NCBI RefSeq assembly: GCF_006345805.1
Contig: NW_021835802.1
Coordinates: 1 to 39,641 of the forward strand
Direction of reading: 5' to 3'
DNA: 39,641 bases
From: Octopus sinensis
Lineage: Eukaryota
Shown: positions 36,180-39,641 of the stretch, piece by piece
How the letters are laid out: every line of letters starts with the position of its first letter
How positions within the stretch are numbered: position 1 is the first letter of the stretch
Translations under genes and position numbers: made by a program
The notes under the pieces: model-generated
What the model was told of the DNA's origin: nothing
The model's input: only the letters and a program-made list of their open reading frames with translations
Databases searched by the model: none

Positions 36180-37320
36180 TGCGTTTTTCTTCTCTCTTCT
36201 CGTTCTTCCTCTGCTTCTTCTCATTCTTTATCTTTTCCTTCCTCTTCTTCTCTTTCCTCTTCTTTTCTTCTTCTGTCTTCTTCGTCGGTGTCGTCTTCTT
36301 CTTCTTCTTCTTCTTCTTCTTCTTCTTCTTCTTCTCTTCTTCTTCTTCTGCTCCCCTTCCTTCTTTTCCGTGTTTTCCTCTTTCTTCTACTCCACATTCT
36401 TTTTCATCCTTTTTTCTTCTTCTCCTCCTCTTTCTTTTCTTTTCTTCTTCTTCTTCTTCTTCTTCTCTTCTCATCCTTCTTCACCTCCCTCTTCTTCACT
36501 TCCTTCTTCTCCCTCTCCTTCTCCTCTTCCTCCGCCTAAACCTTCTTCTTCTCCTTCTTCTCCTCCTCCTCCACCTCCTGCTCCCCCCTGCCTTTCCGTC
36601 TTTTCCGCTTTCTTCTCCTCCTAATTCTTTTTTCTGTTTTAGTTCTTTTTCTTCTGCTTCTTCTCCTCTTTCTCTTCTCTTCTTTCTTCTCCTCCTTCAT
36701 CTTCTTACCCTTCTCCTCCTTTCCCTCCTTCATCATCACCTATACCTCCTTACTGCCACAACCATTCCTGTTTGCAATGTTATTGCCGTTTAATATGAAA
36801 CATCATAAATAAAACCAAGAGGTATTTTCCTCTGACTGTTCCTGGTCCCTCCAAACTGCCATTTTTATTACTACTGCTCTTCTTATTATTGCTGTTTTTG
36901 CTACTTACTTTTGTTCTATCCTCCCACTCGTCCCACTGGTATTTTGTTGCTCTCTCTCATCTTCTTCCTGTGGTTGCTGTCCTTATTTTATTGCCGCTGT
37001 TGATGACCACGTGGTGGTGGATGTTGTCTCTATTGTTTTTGTTTTTTATCATTGTTATAGCTGCAGCTACTGTTGCTTTCTTCTTCTTCTTCTTCTTCTT
37101 CTTCTTCTTCTTCCCCTCCCCCTCCTCCTCCTTCTTCTTCTTCTTCTCTCTCTACTTCTTCTTCTTCTTCTTCTTCTCCTCCTCCTTCTTCTTCTTTTTC
37201 GTCTTCTTCCTCTCCTTCTCATTCTTCTTCCCCTCCTCCTCCTCTTCTTCTTCTTCTTTTTCTTCTCCTTTTTTCCCTTTTCTTCTTCTTCTTCTTCTTC
37301 TTCTCTTCTTCTTCTTCTCG
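36180..37320. repeat. Two (CTT)/(CCT) polypyrimidine fields (36180-36740, 37070-37320)
   Basis: Visible simple repeats. Confidence 0.92.
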
Positions 37321-37419
37321 GCAATAAGAGCTTGCGGATATTCCGCTACAAAACATTCAATAAAATTCAAGCTGTAACTTTCATAAATCAGGGTATAATT
37401 TTTGAAGTCTCTTTCTGAA

Positions 37420-37980
37420 CCAAGTCAACGACGGTTATCTCTGCAGGCAGTGGTTCTCATAGCTTCTGATCTTAACTGTTTGGAAGTGTTATCATGTACG
37501 TTGTTTTGTCTTGGTATAAAAAGATGGGCTACAGCAAATATTCTGCTCAATACCACAGATTTGCATGTCAGTTGTTTGACCTTAACCAACTGAGCATATA
37601 TCTTAGTGGCTGCCGATATGTGCATCTCTGATCTCGAGCAGAAGTAGTGGGGGAGCATCATAGCCATGTGTTGAGAGGGATTCTTTAGGGTTTGAATAAT
37701 TCACCTCTGGAAACATGGGTGGTTCTTTCAACATCCTTAAAAACCCTTATTCAGGGACCTTTTGAGCGGGATGGGCTACTCAACCTGAAGAAAATTCTAA
37801 CTGGGCCCACCTGCAAGGTCATGCGCTGTTTATCTTGATATGAGATCACCATATCACGCACATATGGTTGTGATGCATGTGCCTGGTGTACCTTATCAGA
37901 CGGGTAGTCATGATGGGTATATTGGGCTTCTTATATTTTACCCCAGTGTCACTTTGATGGCAAGCACTGCTCTCTCACTC
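37420..37980. mobile_element. Probable non-LTR retroelement UTR segment abutting (AAT)n; family and orientation unresolved
   Basis: High-complexity non-coding block that ends sharply at CTCTCTCACTC/(AAT)n, like the RLE-LINE ends elsewhere in the window; single copy here, so this is an inference. Confidence 0.4.
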
Positions 37981-38023
37981 AATAATAATAATAATAATAA
38001 TAAAATAATAATTAATAATAATA

Positions 38024-38063
<40 letters not shown>

Positions 38064-38067
38064 TAAT

Positions 38068-38110
<43 letters not shown>
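37981..38110. repeat. (AAT)n
   Basis: Visible simple repeat. Confidence 0.95.
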
Positions 38111-38115
38111 TACTA

Positions 38116-38501
38116 GGCGCAGCAGTGGCTGTGTGGTAAGTAGCTTGCTAACCGACCACATGGTTTCGGGTTCAGTTCCACTGCGTGGCATCTTAGGCAG
38201 GTGTCTTCTGCTATAGCCCCGGGCCGACCATTGCCTTCTGAGTGGATTTGGTAGACGGAAACTGAAAGAAGCCTGTCGTATATATGTGTATGTGTTTGTG
38301 TGTTTGTCCCCCTAGCATTGCTTGACAACCGATGCTGGTGTGTTTATGTCCCCGTCACTTAGCGGTTCAGCAAAAGAAACCGATAGAATAAGTGCTAGGC
38401 TTACAAAGAATAAGTCCTGGGGTCGATTTGCTCGACTAAAGGCGGTGCTCCAGCATGGCCGCAGTCAAATGACTGAAACAAGGAAAAGAGAGTAAAGAGT
38501 A
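38116..38501 (+). mobile_element. SINE family A, full length
   Basis: End-to-end match to the family consensus. Confidence 0.92.
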
Positions 38502-38509
38502 AATATAAT

Positions 38510-38511
38510 AC

Positions 38512-38561
<50 letters not shown>

Positions 38562-39148
38562 ATTAAATATTGTTGTGTTGTTGTTCTTGTTGTTCTTGTG
38601 CTATTGCTATTGGTTTCTCTAACTTACTATTTCTCCATTACATTCTGTTGTTGAACTTGATGTTATTTCTATCAATGTCCTTAACTTGTGGTTTATTTAG
38701 CTATAGTCATATGGATGTTGTTGTTGTTGCTGTTGTTGCTATTGTTGTTGTTGTTGCTGTTGTTGTTGTTGTTATATTGCAGTTGTTACTGCCCTTCATT
38801 TCCTTCTTGCACTTAATAATTACATTTATACTGTCTCTATTACACTCTTCTTCTTCTTCTTCTTCTTCTTCTTCTTCTTCTTCTTCTTCTTCTTCTTCTC
38901 CGTCTTCCTCTTCGTCTTCTCCGTCTTCTTCTTCTTCACCTTCTTTTACTTCTTTTTCTTCTTCTACATCTTTTAATTACTATGATTATCATTATTATTA
39001 CTGTTATTGTTGTTGTTTTTGTAGTAGTTATTATTATTATCATTACCATCATCATCGTCATCATCCTCGTCGCCGTTGTCATCAATATTAGTCGTATTAA
39101 TTTTTGAAGTTGTGAGTAATAATATTACTATTATTATTATTATTATTA

Positions 39149-39202
<54 letters not shown>

Positions 39203-39382
39203 TATTATTATTATTTATTATTATTATCATTATCATTATTATTATTTTTATCGTCATTGTCATTATTATTATTATTATTATTATCATTATTATTATTATT
39301 ATTATTAATGCCATTATTATTATCATTATTATTACTATTATTATTATTATCATTATCATTATTATTATTTTTATCGTCATTG

Positions 39383-39419
<37 letters not shown>

Positions 39420-39496
39420 CATTATTATTATTATTATTATTGCCATTATTATTATCATTATTATTACTATTATTATTATTATCATTATTATTATTA

Positions 39497-39536
<40 letters not shown>

Positions 39537-39641
39537 GGTGGTATTTTACCTTTATTACGAATATTAATATTGACGCCGTTATTTTATTGTTGTTCTGCTT
39601 AATATTATTGTTGTTGTTGTCCATATTGTCGCTAGAGATCT
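38510..39641. repeat. (ATT)/(GTT)/(CTT)/(GTA) compound field with a ~125-130-bp higher-order repeat at ~39220-39480
   Basis: Markers TCGTCATTGTC (39251/39374) and GCCATTATT (39310/39442). Confidence 0.92.

Overview
Repeat-saturated, AT-rich animal DNA, most likely intergenic or intronic octopus (coleoid cephalopod) sequence; the taxon is inferred from recognising the SINE families and is not verified by a search. No host protein-coding exon could be recognised, and almost every ORF in the track is a microsatellite artefact or a transposon relic. Contents: (i) about 25 tRNA-headed SINE copies or fragments in four families, labelled A-D here; (ii) a decayed RTE-clade LINE (8.3-11.1 kb, minus); (iii) a mariner relic (16.3-17.0 kb); (iv) a LINE ORF1 relic with a CCHC knuckle (20.2-20.8 kb); (v) a Ty3/gypsy provirus that can be reassembled as LTR-PBS(tRNA-Ser)-gag-RT-RNaseH-IN across several SINE insertion sites (21.4-27.8 kb, minus); (vi) R4/Dong-like RLE-LINE pieces ending in (TAA)n (28.5-31.1 kb); (vii) long micro- and minisatellite fields. 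The most notable hidden structures are a type I hammerhead-ribozyme fold at 16073-16166, a variant hammerhead-like motif at 6914-6955, SINE-B multimers (one head plus 2-7 bodies of about 184 bp) joined at the same GGTAT junction at three loci, and a locally templated insertion flanked by a 38-bp duplication.
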